From the NCBI RefSeq assembly GCF_009914755.1, contig NC_060929.1: a stretch of DNA of 64,000 nucleotides. One strand, 5' to 3'. The translations under genes were made by a program, and so were the position numbers. The notes beneath the pieces were generated by a model. That model was given only the letters and a program-made list of their open reading frames with translations, was not told the DNA's origin and did not search any database. Shown piece after piece: positions 45,830 through 60,727 of this stretch (position 1 is the first letter of the stretch; every line of letters begins with the position of its first letter). Source of the stretch: the human T2T-CHM13v2.0 reference genome, Homo sapiens.

Positions 45830-45929
45830 CTGTACATGCTGAAGACTGTGTTGCCATTGTGCATAAGGTACACATACACTTCCTCAACATCCTCATGCTT
45901 CATCATGCTGAAGGTGAAGAAATACACAC
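45830..45929 (-). CDS. C1QTNF3: C1QTNF3 exon 5, 100 nt
   Basis: Encodes VYFFTFSMMKHEDVEEVYVYLMHNGNTVFSMY. AG at 45931-45930, GTGGGT donor at 45829. Confidence 0.96.
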
Positions 45930-48376
45930 CTGAAAAAAGCAGGTATATATCCATGTTGATATTAACATGTTATACATTGAGGACCTGGAGATACCTGGAG
46001 ATTTGCCAACTGCCTTCACATGTCTTTTATTGATATTCTTTGTAGTATGGTGTCTCTCCTTGGCCTTAATTTGCAGGAATGTCCCTATATCTACTCCCCT
46101 TCCAAGTGCTTTCAATGTGTACACTGTGTATCCCGAATAAGACTTAAAAGTCTTTAAGGGAAGGAGCCTACCTCATTTTAACTGTATCTCACTGCCTTGT
46201 ACCCTGACAAAGTGCTTAGGGCAAAGTAGGCGTTGTTCCTGGGCATAGGTTAGCGATCATCCTCATGTACCACAGAACTCGTGTTACCAAGGTGCAGAGA
46301 TGTTTGTGGTTGAACAACGATGCTCCATGACTTAAGAAAATGAGCAACTATTACAATATAACAGATGATTAAACTCACCAAAGGGATTAGCCAAAGATGA
46401 GGAAATCCTGGAGCACAGAACAAATGTTTATGAGTTCTAAAGAAATGGTTCTGGTAATTTCTCATGCTATACCTTGTATGTTGGTGAAATTATGTACAAT
46501 AAACAGAAAGACCCAACTTAGACTCAGCAACAGGACCTTGTCACTAAAAGTCTGTATCCTCTTCATTTGGAAAAGACCAACATATATTTTAAAAGATTTG
46601 AGTTTTTTAATAAGAGCCTAGGGCTCCTAATTGAAAGCAATATAATATGACCTAATATACTCTAAATGCCAGCACACAAGATACTTTCACTGAATGATTA
46701 AGAAGAATCCAATAGCACACAGACAAGACAAAAGGAAAATTTTTCAAACTCTAAATGATATGGGATTTTGGTGTGCATTTTGGAAAGGTGAATGAACATA
46801 AGTCATCAAACTCTTACTGATTTCCATGTTACATTTTAAACTAATGGCCTTTCAAGACAATAACCCAGAAATAGCTTTAATAGAAGATAGTTCTATTTCT
46901 TTCTCAAAGGGCAATCAAGTAAGATGAAAGTTGTAAGGGTGCCATGTCAATTCACCTGATTCTAAGTCAAATTAAACAAAGAAGTATGATGATGCTTTGT
47001 CTAGTGCCAGGAATGCATATTCAATGTTCTGGGAACAAAGGAAATGGCCTAAAAGTTTATCATGCCTATTCATATGCCTAGAGATTGGCCCACAGAGGAA
47101 AAGTAAAGGCAGATAAAAATTAAAAGCCTCAAGGAAAATAGTTTATATGTGTTTAGTTTTTCACATTTTACAAAATTTCCTATTAGACACATACACACAC
47201 ATAATTTTCAATGCCTCAAGAAGATAAAGCTGAAATCAAAATGACAGGAAAATATACTAGTTTTTCTTACAAAATGATGACTACTATTAAAAATAGGTTG
47301 CAAAAACATGTTAGAAAGAGGAGACTAAAACACCAGATGGTGAATAAATGAAATGCCTGGAGTTGGAAATACCGAAGTGAGTATGTATTATACCCACATG
47401 TGGCTTTCCTGCAAGGGAAGGTACTGAAACCAGAGGAGACACATTTGCACTACGGTTTGGAGGTCTTTGTGTTGCTGTAATTTCAAAAACCAGCCTTCTC
47501 CGTCTCTTCACTCCCAAAGTTGAAAAGGACAAAATGGTCTTTTTGCAATCTATTGCAAAAATGGAGACTGAAACAGAAAACTGTGAGAGTCAAATGACAG
47601 TTGGTATCACTAGAAGCTGAACGTCTGGCCCAAGAGAGCTCTAAAAAATTAAATCCTTACTTAGGCTTCAATTATAAAGCCATTTAATTCCATGGAAATG
47701 TGGACTAGGTATTTCTAGGCATTAATGTAATCTGTGGCATAGATAGCATTTAACAGAATAGTTGTAAGAAAATTATGACATAAACCTTCAGAGCAGAAAA
47801 TCACACAAGAACATTTAAAGATGATTTTCATGACATTAAAGTGTGATGAAAGATTGCTTCTATCATTTCATATCTCAGTTCATTTCTGACTTAAACTGAG
47901 TAGAAAAAATAAATCAAGGTGCACTTAAAAGCATTTGTGAAAATCTGACAGGGCCACTGCCTCCATCAGAAGTTGCTTCCTTTTAATTCTGGATACCATA
48001 TAGAGAAATGAGTAGAATTGAAAAACAAAAACCAAATAAATATCCACGTTCTGCAACGCTAGGAGACTGGAAGAAAATCAATGAACTTCAAAAATACCTG
48101 TAAGTGCTGCCAAATGCCCCTGAGGGTGGACAGAGTCATGTGGAGATAACACGAGGTTGGGCCAGGCTCTGAGGAGGCCAGGTGGCAGCAGGTGTCACAC
48201 AGTGCCAGGAGAAATGCACTCCCTGATAGTGAGGGCCACGTGGAAGAGCAATGCTGAAAACAAGTCCCTGTGAACAGGGCTGAGCGGAAGCAAGGCTGTG
48301 TTTGGGGTGATGGTTGCTAGATACAGTGTAGGATGTGGAAAGAGGACCTGCAGTGGCCAATCTCAAAATCTGCCAG

Positions 48377-48413
<37 letters not shown>

Positions 48414-49338
48414 GAAAAAAAAAGTCTCCTGAAGGCAAGGGAACCAGGAAGTATAAGGCTGGCTTCAGAAGCTTTCATGGACCCGGTGCAGTCTGGAGAG
48501 GTAGTGGAAGTGTGACCAAGAAAAACGCACATTAGGGCCATACTTAAAAGAATCCGTTAGTCCCCTGGCAGCAGGGGAGGGAGCCTTTGAGTTATCCAGT
48601 CTAGAAACTGCCCTGGTCCTTTCTTCACCAAGAAACTAGAGCATACGGCTGGTCTAGGAAAATTAAACTCATTCAACCCTCAGTTAATTTTTTAAAGTAG
48701 AAAAGAAAAGCAAAAATGACCCTAATGGATTAACAATACTCTCCAAGAAAAAATGTTGTCATGTAGTAGATGAAAAATGTAGCCATGAATTTATACTAAT
48801 AAAGCAAATACCTCTATAAAAGAACATTATAGAACAAAAGGCGTGAACCCATGGTAGAAATGGCCAGACAATAAATGGAATGAAAAGCTGAGGGCATCAG
48901 AAAAACCTGGTGAGATCTGAATGAAGTCCATAATTTAGTCATAGTATTGTACCTAGGTTCATTATTTATTTTTATAATTGCACTTTGGTTATTTAAAATG
49001 TTAATAGTAGTGGAAGATGGTTAAACAAAATATGAGAACTTTGTATAATATTTTCATAACTCTCCTATAAGTCTAAAATTAATTCAAAGTAAAAAGTTTG
49101 TAAAGTGGGATTTTCTATTTATCAACTATCCAGAAACTTGAAAGCACATTTTGTTGATAAGGCTATCAGGAAATAAGTGCTTTCATATCTTGACAATTTA
49201 AGTATATTGGTACAACCCTTACAGGGAGCAATTTGGCAAAATTGATAAAAATTATGGATATGTTTATACTGATAATATTCCTAAAACTTTAGCCTACAGA
49301 TATACCTGTAAGTGATCAATTACAAAGTGGTATATTCT

Positions 49339-49677
49339 TGCTGGCATGGTGGCTTACACCTGTAATTCCAGCACTTTGGGAGGCTGAGGCAGGTGGATCA
49401 CTTCAGGCCAGGAATTTCAGACCAGCCTGGCCAACATGGTAAAGCCCGTCTCTACTAAAACTACAAAAATTAGCCAGGTGTGGTGGCCTGGGTCTGCAGT
49501 CCCAGCTACTCAGGAGGCTGAGTGGGGAGGATCGCTTGAGCTTGGCAGGCAGAGGTGGCAGAAGTTGCAGTGGGCTGAGATGGTGCCACTGCACTCCAGG
49601 CTGGTTGATAGAGACCCTGTCTAGAAACAAACAAACAAAAAAAATCCACCACCACCAAAAAAAAAAAAAAAAAAAAA
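49339..49677 (+). mobile_element. Alu (J/S)
   Basis: Alu dimer with a complex A tail. Confidence 0.88.
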
Positions 49678-49846
49678 GCAAACTGGAAACAACCCAAATG
49701 TCCAGAAATAAGGGAATTCATTAAATATACTTTGGTACATTCAGCTACAAGAAAGAAGATGAAGTAATGATGTGAAAAGATTTCTAAAATATATTGTTAG
49801 TTTTTTTTTTTAAAGCAAGACACAATCAGAATGTAGAGTGTCCTAG

Positions 49847-50193
<347 letters not shown>

Positions 50194-50675
50194 TTAACTT
50201 TTTAAATAAGTAAATGTATTACCTGCTCAATTTCTTTTAATTAAAAAAATAGGATCAGGCACTCCTTGAGGTGGTGGCAGGGGGAGGAAACAGTTATGAC
50301 ACATTTAAACTGAGAATTATGTTTTAAGGACTTTTAAAGTCAGAGGTAAGTATGTCCTCTTAAGAATTATTTAGCTCAGTCTAAATCAGAGTTAATAATA
50401 TTAATGACTATGGCCATATTTTAAAAACTATTTTTGTCTTTTCAGATTCTAATTCGTTTACTTTGAAATCCAACAGAAATCTAAATGAGCTGTTTGGTTT
50501 AACGTGAATCAGAAAAAAAATAACTACCTTAATGTCATTCTTTATTTCCTACTCCCTTCCTCCTTCTTTCTCTCCCTCCCTTTCTCCGTCCCTCCCTCTC
50601 TTCTTTCCTTCCTTCCTTAATTGTCTTTATTATTACATTGATTAACTCAATCTTCATCCTATGTTTCCATCTCAC

Positions 50676-50805
50676 CTGATACTGGGGCCCCAAATCTACC
50701 AGTCATGACATCAAAGAAGTTTCCAATGTTGGTCTCAACACTGCTGAAGATAATCCCACTGTTCTGATTGCTGAAGTGGGTTGCCAGAGAAGCCATGAAT
50801 GCAAT
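50676..50805 (-). CDS. C1QTNF3: C1QTNF3 exon 4, 130 nt
   Basis: Encodes IAFMASLATHFSNQNSGIIFSSVETNIGNFFDVMTGRFGAPVS, the start of the C1q domain. AG at 50807-50806, GTGAG donor at 50675. Confidence 0.96.
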
Positions 50806-51224
50806 CTAAGGAAAGAATTATTGGTCAATAAATAGGCAATTTATCTTAAAGAAGTCAAGTTTTTATGCAGATTAGTTTGTTAAACATTATACATAACAGC
50901 AAGATTGGGAATAAACATCAATCTATGGAGAGAGAAACAAATAAATTATGGTAATTCCAACATTTGAATGCTATGCAGCCATTAGATTGACAATGTCTAT
51001 CAACAGTTCTGAACATAGGTTTCAAAGATTATTTGTCTTTCAAATGATTTTTGAAATACTAAAATTCTGTTATCAAATAATACCAGAAAATTTTATATGA
51101 AATTTTCCACTTATAGCCGAGAAATGCACATTAGCAAATTCAAGGACCTGAGAAACCCTATAGCCAAACATTTTAATTTTGGTAACCCTGCATTATTTTT
51201 TCCCGAAAAGATACCTATTAATTT

Positions 51225-51361
51225 CTTTTTTTTTTTTTCTTTATAGAGACGAGGTCTCACTATGTTGCCTAGGCTGGTCTCAAACTCCTAGGCTCAAGAG
51301 ATCCACCTTCCTCGGCCTCCCAAAGTGCTGGGATTATAGGCGTGAGCCATGGTGCCTAGCC
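51225..51361 (-). mobile_element. FLAM / Alu left monomer
   Basis: Reverse monomer with TSD ctattaatttct. Confidence 0.85.
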
Positions 51362-52568
51362 TATTAATTTCTAATGAAATTAATTCTTTGAATACACTTT
51401 GAGAATTCTTGATGCTGATCTAAATGTGCATCTGTATAAAAGGAGAAAATATCTTCAATACACTGTTTACCCAAAAAGTAGACAACACAAGATCATTATT
51501 ATCTGATACCAGCCTTTATTAACTGTGTCTGTGTGGATGGAGTCATTGTGTGGGCAATTCAGAAAAATATCTGCAAGAATATTCTTGAAATTATTAATAG
51601 CAGGTCTTTCTTGGTAGAAGTTTCATGGGAAAGTTTTCCTTTCTTCATTACACTTATAATTTTCAAGTTAGCATGTATTAATTTTATATTCAGAAAAAAG
51701 ATACTAATTTTAAAGCTATAGGATTGTATTTATTTATATGAACAGACATTTAGGATAGATTGTCATTCATGAAATAAAGTAATAATATGTATATATGTTC
51801 CCATCATATTTAAAAGTAACATGTATATAAGTATGCATAAATCTGAAAAGTTACATAACTGTATGTTAACAGTAATCATCTCTTGGCATGTTTTATTATT
51901 TTTGGCCCAGAACTTTTCTAATTTTTTTTAACAGTGAAAAGATATTACGTAAATAACCTTGAAAAGGTAAAAAGGAGTGTTTGCAGTTATCTAAAATATA
52001 GAAAAATGGTTTACTAAAATTAGCAATCTTTTTGAATATTAGAACAGCAAAAATTTCTCAGCATGATTTTGGATGAAAAAATGTCATCTTGGAACTGTAA
52101 AGTTTAGAGATGGGAGAATCCAAGAAGTCATTTAATGGTCAACACCCATTTCTGGGAATGGTTACAAATACTTTATGTGTAATCTTTTAAGGGACTTTGA
52201 AAGCCTCTGCTTAATCAGTAAAAGATCAGCAAAGAGAATTAACTTGAGAAACCTGCTCACGGTGGCAACCAAGAGGCTCTATGAGTTTGGGAATAAGGCT
52301 GTCTATTTGGGTCCAAAGATATGAGATTAAGGTCCACCTCTCTTAATTCTGTCACTTGGCAATTGAGTAATTAGTAATTGGGCCTCAAATTTCTATATCC
52401 CCTAAGTGGAGAATGGGGTAGTACTCTTCCTCCTCTTGCCACCACTACTACTATTGTTGCCACCTCTATACTACTAATATCCAAAGACAGGGTTGAAGTT
52501 CAAAATACAAAATGTTAACAATAATTTTAAAAGCCTTGAGACAATTCCGCCTGTCAAGAAAACTTTTG

Positions 52569-53035
52569 TCACTATTCACAATAGCAAAGACATGGAATCA
52601 ATCTAAATTCCCATTGATGATAGACTGGATAAAGAAAGTGTGCTACATATACACCATGGAATACTGTGCAGCCATAAAAAAGAATGACATCATGTCCCTT
52701 GCAGGAACATGGATGGAACGGGAGGCCATTATCCTTAGCAAACTAATGCAGGAACAGAAAACCAAACACTGCATGTTCTCATGTATATGTGGGAGCTAAA
52801 TGATAAGAACACATGGACATATAGAGGGGAACAACACACACTGGGGCCTATGGGAGGATGGAAGGTGGGAGGAGGGAGAGAATCAGGAAAAATAACCAAT
52901 GGGTACTAGGCTTAATATCTGGTGATAAAATAATCTGTACAACAAATCCCCACGACACAAGTTTAACTATGTAAAAAACCTGCACATGTACCCCTGAACT
53001 TAGAATAAAAGTTAAAAAAAAAGAAAAGAAAAGAA
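52569..53035 (+). mobile_element. 5'-truncated L1PA/PB 3' end
   Basis: ORF2 C-terminal remnant (LFTIAKTWNQ...) plus 3'UTR, with near-TSD aagaaaa(g)cttttg. Confidence 0.88.
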
Positions 53036-53471
53036 AAGCTTTTGCTTAAAACCACCATTGAAGAATGAGCTGTGAAAGTCAAAGTTAATCCTTCGTCCAA
53101 ATGAGTCATTGAAACTGAGTGTAAGTTAGATTAATAAATTCTTTAATTTGCTGGGACCTTCAAAGAATGTGAAGTTCCCTCCTTCACAATCTGTGTAAGA
53201 CCCAAATGATTGTATTGTGATTTTAGGGTAAAATAGCTGATGGGACAAATTTAATAATTGCCCAGAATGTTCTCTATCAAACTGGCTACTCTAGGGCCCC
53301 TTCTCCGTGGTTTACCATTCATAGGTTATGGGTTAGAGTGTCTAGCTTTGAGATGTTTATCTTCTGTCTTATTAAATACCTTAACCTGGCTGAGTGGCAT
53401 CTCTAGCCTTTTTGTTTGTAAATTTATATTGGCACATGGATCCCAGGTTGCTGAAATTATTAAACAGCATT

Positions 53472-53730
53472 TGGCTAGGCACAGTGGCTCACACCTGTAA
53501 TCCCAGCACTTTGGGAGGCCGAGGCAGGCCGATCACTGGAGGCCAGGAGTTTGAGATCAGCCTGGCCAACATAGAGAAATGCCGTCTCTACTAAAAATAC
53601 AAAAAAATTAGCCGGGCATGGTGTCACGCACCTGTAATCCCAGCTACTCCAGAGGCTGAGGCAAGAGAATCGCTTGAACCTTGGTGGAGGCTGCAGTGAG
53701 CCAAGATCACACCACTGCACTCCAGCCTGT
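53472..53730 (+). mobile_element. AluS
   Basis: Alu consensus. Confidence 0.9.
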
Positions 53731-54433
53731 GCACACACACACAAAACAAAACAAAACGGCTTTCATTTAAAAGTTGCAAAACCCACAAATGAGAGTAACA
53801 CACTAACTATTCAAGCTATTTTAAACTTGAGAAACCAAGGCCCAGAAAAATGATGGAACTTATACAGGGTCAAACCACCACCATACACGCACAAATGAAA
53901 GACAGTTTCCCCCTAATTGATCTTTCAGGCAAGAATCGCTTTATAGTCTAGTTCTTCAAAAATCTCTCATGTTGCAGTACTTTATCTCAGTTACTTTATT
54001 TTTATCCACAAGTTACTTTTTTTGGGAAGACACTAGTCAGAAAGAAACTTAATTTTTAAAAAATGCTAGTTTTCAATGCTGATAGAAGTCCCCCAGAGGG
54101 GATCCATTTCAAAATATTAGCCCTCCTCCACCTTCCAGAAATAACCCAAAGTTAGTAATTTTCCTTGTGACCTAACCTCACATTTACAAGTTTAAGATCG
54201 TGTTGGCAATAAGAACTTTAATGATCATTTAAAAGAGAGAGAAAGAATAGGTAAATGGGTACTTGAGCCTGGAAAAAAATGTACAGTTTTAACCTCATAA
54301 ATTGATTTTTTAAACTTTATGCTGAAATGAATGTAATCTGGTCTGGAACACTGAGTGGATGGCTCAAAACTGAAATTCTCCATTGATAAAGAAGATTCTG
54401 ACAAGAAAAGCTCAAGTAAAAATTATACCACAA

Positions 54434-54724
54434 GGTCAAGTGTGGTGGCTCAAGCCTGTAATCCCAGCACTTTTTTGGGAGGCCGAGGCAGGCAGATCAC
54501 TTCAGGCCAGGAATTTGAGACCAGCCTGGCCACCATGGCAAAAACCCGTCTGTATTAGAAATACAAAAATTAGCCAGGTGTGGTGATGCATGCCTGTAAT
54601 TCCAGCTATAGGGAGGCTGAGGCAGGAGAATTGCTCAAACCCACGAGGAAGAGGTTGCAGTGAGCCAAGATCGTGCCACTGTACTCCAGCCTGGACAACA
54701 GAGCAAGACTCTGTTTCAAAAAAT
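54434..54724 (+). mobile_element. AluS
   Basis: TSD aaaaattataccacaa. Confidence 0.9.
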
Positions 54725-55225
54725 AAACAAAAATTATACCACAAAATCTGAGTTGAGAGAAAACAATATATATCAATATTTATGTATGGATTAGTATATG
54801 TAAATATAACAATGTTAATAAATACAATATTATAACTAGACATTTCATCATTCCATTTATATACTTAAATGTTTATACATTCAAGTTGGCCCAAACCCTT
54901 ATTACATCTTATTACATTCTTAAAACATCTTATTTGGGAAAATAGGAGATAAGTTTATATTTAGGGTTGCCTTGGATTTGGTTCTATGAGGGACTTAGAT
55001 TTCACCCTTCATAAATGTCTCTCCTCCCTAAGAATAGTATCTAAGTCCTCCTTTTGGACAGTATGGGCCTTATGCAAACATCCTGTGATGTAGATGAACA
55101 AACTGAGACTCAGATTTACTCAGGATTGGGGAAGACTTGAGGAAGCGCTCGAACATCCTGATTCCTGGCCCCTTTTGGTCAGGCAGGTTGGAAAGCCACC
55201 AGGAGATGTACCGAGGATGGTTTAC

Positions 55226-55380
55226 CTGAAGTTCTGGTGGAATCCCCGGGTAGCCCTTCTCTCCTTTGGGGCCATGCTGCCCCCGCTCCCCTCGAGGCCC
55301 CAGGTCACCTTTGTCGCCCTTCTCACCTTTGGCTCCTTCATGACCAGTGGCTCCATTGTTGCCATTGTTTCCATGGTTTC
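55226..55380 (-). CDS. C1QTNF3: C1QTNF3 exon 3, 155 nt (collagen Gly-X-Y region)
   Basis: Encodes NHGNNGNNGATGHEGAKGEKGDKGDLGPRGERGQHGPKGEKGYPGIPPELQ. AG at 55382-55381, GT at 55225. Confidence 0.96.
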
Positions 55381-55801
55381 CTTAAACAACCAGACATCAT
55401 CACATGAGAAAACCCAGTCACTCATACTTACCATCCATTTCTAGACATACTATCCAAACTCAATTATGAAAGGGGACCATTCAGAATAATCCCAAATATA
55501 ACCAAGGGGTATCATCATCTAAATAGGGCAATAGGCTCTGAAAGAAGCCTTAGATACCCTAAAGCTCCAAAGCCTGTTTATCCTTTGAAGCGAGGCTTGG
55601 AGGAAAAATTGTGTACAATTCTGATTATCACATTATCATTTAAAATAGCAAAGATTGGAAACCACCTATATAATCACCAATACTAGGAGGGCATGACATA
55701 TTCTAGAAACTATGTTATATAGTCATAAAAAAGAAGGCTGAAGAAAAACATTTAATGATATAGTGATATTCATGATATTTTTAGATTTTAAAGTTATAAG
55801 T

Positions 55802-56100
55802 GGCCAGGTACAGTGGCTCACAACTGTAATCTCAACACTTTGCGAAGCCACAGTGGGAGGATCACTTGAGCCCTAGAGTTTGAGACAAGCTTGAGCAATA
55901 TGGTGAGATCCCATCTTTACAAAAATAGAAATTAAAAAATTAGCCAGGAGTGGTGGTGCACACCTGTAGTCCCAGCTATTTGGGAGACTGAGGCAGGATG
56001 ACCTCTTGAGCCTAAGAGGCCAAGGCTACAGGGAGCCTGGATCATGCCACTTCACTCCAGCCTGGACAAAAGAGCCAGACTTTGTTTCAGGCAAAAGAAA
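55802..56100 (+). mobile_element. AluJ
   Basis: Diverged Alu dimer. Confidence 0.88.
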
Positions 56101-57568
56101 GTTATGAGTAAATAGAAATAACATGATACTATCTTTGTTTGGAAAAATATGTGTTTATGTATTATATCCATAGGGAAAAAAAGACAAGAATAAGTTACAG
56201 AAAAATATTCACAGAGGTTCTTTTCTAAATGTGGAACATGAGTAATTTTCATGTCATTCTGTATATTTTTCTGTTTCTTTGAAGTTTTCTACAAAAAACA
56301 CATCACTTTTATAACTGGGGAAAAGGTAAACTCATTCATTAAACAAATTACAGCAATGATTTTGAAAGCAAGAGTTGGAAAACAATTTTAACTTTTCCCT
56401 TTGCCAACAAGAGACAATTTCTACACCTCTTCTTTATTTTTAATATTTGCTAAATTTCAGGCTTTTTGCTGTTCATTTTGCATGCTACCCTTGGTTGGTT
56501 ATCATACCAGGCTTACAACCCTACCAAATGGATGAACTTTGACTGTGTTTACAAATTAATGTGTTCAGTGACAAAGCCATTTCCTGGTTAGAAAACATTT
56601 AACCAAGGCCAATCTTTTGTGTAACCTCACAAGAGTTAAGACCTGAGAAGATTTTACAAGGGTCGAAGTAGGCCCTACCCCTACATCATTGCTCCTGCTG
56701 GCTGCTGTCCTTGATGGCCAATGACATAGATTCCAAGCCAGTAAGTGTAGTTTAAAGTTTAACATAAGATTTTCTTGCTGTAAATTTGGTTTTGTGCAAG
56801 AAGCTACTCAAAAGTAGAAAAAAAATTGAACCACATTTGATAAATATTAACATCAATGAGAGTAAGTCACAGAAGAGCCAGTGGACTTTGGCCAGACCCT
56901 GAGATGAGGTCCTACCCTAGGGATTAACCTGAGGATGAAGACAATAAAACCCAAGATAGGCTTGGGAGCCCCATATTGAGGAGACCTGGGCTACCCTTTC
57001 CTGGACTGACCCAGGGTACCAGCAGGCCCGCGGCACTCTCCTATGCCTGGTGGCATTGGCACAGTACAGATGACTGAATTGCTGGTCTAGTGGGGTCTCA
57101 TGTAGCTCCAGAGCATTCCCCATACCACTACATGGTACTGGAGCCTAAAAATGTTTCCATGAGGTCAAGAGTGGCATGAGAGTCAACTGAGAGACGGCTG
57201 AACATGGAGAGATCCTGAGACTGGAGGAAGAAGCACTTAGCTGGACCTAGAGTCACACAGAAGGATGCACAGCTCAGTGACTGGCATTGAGATGGCTGTA
57301 GCCCAGAGCAGTAAGCTTTTGGCTCTACTCTGCCCTTCATAAAGCATGCTGTGGCAGATATACTGGAACGAAGACTATGACCTGGTCGTTTCGGACTCAA
57401 TGCTGTTGAGGAGCCTCCCAGCCTATGAACCTGGTATTCCAGGGTGCCAAGAGTCTAGCGGATCCTTTGGATCACACAGAAGTGATCCCAAATTATTAAG
57501 GTTTGCCCTTTGCTCCTACTTTAGCTCAGGCTGCAATTAGATTGACAGTATGTCTTGCTCATCCTTAC

Positions 57569-57680
57569 CTGGAATGCCAGGAGGGCCCGGTGGCCCAGGG
57601 GGGCCTTGGTAGCCTCGAAAGCTGTAGTCTCCATGACAACACTTACTGCAGTCTGGGGGTAGTCCTCCGGTTTGTGGAGA
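57569..57680 (-). CDS. C1QTNF3: C1QTNF3 exon 2, 112 nt
   Basis: Encodes SPQTGGLPPDCSKCCHGDYSFRGYQGPPGPPGPPGIP. AG at 57682-57681, GTAAGG donor at 57568. Exon 1 (signal peptide) is not in the window. Confidence 0.96.
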
Positions 57681-58575
57681 CTAAAAAGACAGAAAGAGAA
57701 GCTTCAGAAAAAAAGGTACTTGTGAGCAATTAGGATTTTTAAATTTCCACTGGCCTTGGCCCTTAGGTAAGCTTAATTCCAATCGAATCACAGCAAGATC
57801 ACAAAAGATGGGATGGGGTGGAGATATCAATGGCAAAGGGTCAGGGAGTAGCTAAGGTCAGTTGATGATCAAAGGAAAAGGCAACAAGAAAGTCAATAGA
57901 GGAAGATGCTCTTTGAAAAGCGTGTGGGTGGGGGTGGGAAGTTGGGTCCTATTTCTGGAAAGTGCCTTCCTGCTGCTACTGTAACAGCAAAGGAAGAAAC
58001 TCCTTCAGAAGTGGACTTGGAAGCCTTTTCTCTTTTCCAACTGCCATAGCCCCAGATGTAGCTAAATTGAGTAGATGGTCCTCAAATTACAAGAATTATC
58101 CACTTTAAGCACTGTTTTTAAATGCTTACTATATCCATGATACTGAGTTAAGAGCTAGATTAAGATCTCTTAGAAATTCTGAATAGTAACACTAGTTTTT
58201 CAAACAGCCATAGCACACTTAAATTGTCTTAGAAAACGAAGGAAATAAAGTATTTTTTAGTCCAATACATTTATTTACTTATTTAACTGACAACTAGAAA
58301 TTATATATATATTTATCACGTATAACATGTTGTTATAAAATAAGTACACAGTGTAAAATACTAAATTGAGCTAATTAACATATGTGTTGTCTCATATACT
58401 GTTTTTGTAGAGAGAGCACTTAAAATCTACTCCTAACAATTTTCAAGAATATAATACATTGCTATTAACTATAAGTCCAATACATTTTTATTAATTATCT
58501 ACATCTTGAAACAACTTTAACTTTATCAGTAAATCAACTATTTAACATGATTTCTATTTCACACATTCCACTTTA

Positions 58576-58952
<377 letters not shown>

Positions 58953-60188
58953 TCAAGTATGACACTGAGTGAAATGCTTATTTATACAAAGATAAATTTC
59001 TAAAATGTATGTTTACCGTCAAAGAGCTAAAGACCTAGTGGAAGTTGATTGACAGAAGAGTTAAAGTTGCTTATGAAATTTGAACTCCCATCTAAACTGG
59101 CAACTTGCCTATTAATTATGTCATACAAAATACTTGTGGAAATGTTCCTAGACATCAATTATAATTCAACGGTCTTTTGAAAACAGCATGTTGTTGCTAA
59201 GAGATTCATGAAAAAAATGAAGCAAAGGAGAGAAAAAGGAGGCCAGGGAAGAAGAGAAAGAAAAAGGAGACACAGAGGGAGGAAAAAAGAATTTAAAATT
59301 CAAGTTGTATTTGTCACTAAAAATTTAAGCAGAGAACTGGATCAAACTTCACACAGTTAAACATTTAGACCTTACTTTCTTTTCTTTAATAAAAAATGGG
59401 CTTGAATTTTGTTCTCACTCTCTCACTGCTTTGTCCTAAAATTTTCCACCAAGCTATTCAGGGAAAACACAGAACAGAATCTGTAGCACAAGCATTCTCC
59501 TGCAACCTCTCAGAACCCAAGTCTTGCCTGATCAGGAGCTATAACTTAGAGCTAACTCCTAGTCTTGTCTTCAGTCTACCAGGCTCAAACCTGGACAAGA
59601 ACTAGAGTCTATGAAAACCTTCTGTCAAATTGGTAGGGGAAGAAAAGTCAACTAAAGCCATTGGTTTGAGATGAGGGATTTCATCTCAGGGATTTTATCT
59701 GAGGGATTTCAGGACACTTGGAAAGTCAAAGACACCACGGCACACCCCACCTTCTAATCCAAAACTGTAATCTGAGAAGGAAGGATTCCATATTTCCTGT
59801 TATGGTTTTGCCAATGTGAAATTCAGCCTTTTAAACCTCAGAAAATCCAGGGCTCTGCCAATGATGAATTTTAAGGATGGAGAAGGGAGGGGAAGGAGGG
59901 AAAATCCTCAAGTGGAACCATCGATATAGGAATGGAATGGAAATACTGAGATGCTTAGGAATGTTGAAACACCCACTGGACTGAAACCAGAATTTCCATC
60001 ATGGTGCTGTGTGACCTTAGAGAAGTCGCTGTTCTCCAGACATCTTTTTTTGTTTGTTTTGTTTTTGGCTATTAAATCAGAGGATTGGATGAGGTGGTGT
60101 TGGTGCACAGAAAATGACTCTTCAAAATACGTGCTTCAGCGTGTTGAGTGCTTTGGAAATGGAAGGCTTCAGAAATAAGCCACGAAGA

Positions 60189-60362
60189 TAAGGTGAGCAC
60201 AGGGAGGATGGAAGGCTCTGCAGAGCAGGACAAAAGCTTGCTTGATCTTGATTTTCAGTATGAATGCAGATCATGAGAGAGGGGCCTCATGATCCTTCTG
60301 AACTTAGGTGTTTTAAGAAAGACGTATTGGAAGAGCTATCACAGGGAAAACTGGCTTGTGGC
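60189..60362 (+). pseudogene. Diverged 28S (LSU) rRNA fragment
   Basis: caaaagcttgcttgatcttgattttcagtatgaat...ggggcctcatgatccttctga...cacagggaaaactggcttgtggc aligns by eye to the 28S segment CAAAAGCTCGCTTGATCTTGATTTTCAGTACGAAT...CACAGGGATAACTGGCTTGTGGC. Confidence 0.88.
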
Positions 60363-60727
60363 AAATCTCTTATTAAAAAAAGAGAGAGAAGCCTCAGATC
60401 CAAGGTCTCTCTCTGACCTTTCCCTGCCTCCCAGTCTCTCTGATCTTCTTTCCAGAAGTGCCGGGAGGGACTCTGTCTGGAATTTCTTTATTTGACTAAG
60501 AAAGCATCTTTCCAAAAGAAATGCAATTGTCTTAAGACCCCCTCCTTAGGAATCTCATCAAATAACCAGGAAAGATTAACCACTGGAGAACTGAAGAGAC
60601 TGGGAGTCATCACAAGGCTCAGACAGGCTTTTTTTCTATTTCCTGAGGGAAGCTAGGAGCCATAATCTGGGAAGCTTTAAGACAACCTCTGTTCACAGTA
60701 AATTTCTCTCCCTTCCCTTCTTGATAC

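Noticed and set aside
56860-57520. Relatively GC-balanced unique-looking block in C1QTNF3 intron 2
   Set aside because: I found no recognisable protein homology or repeat identity, so I cannot support a call.
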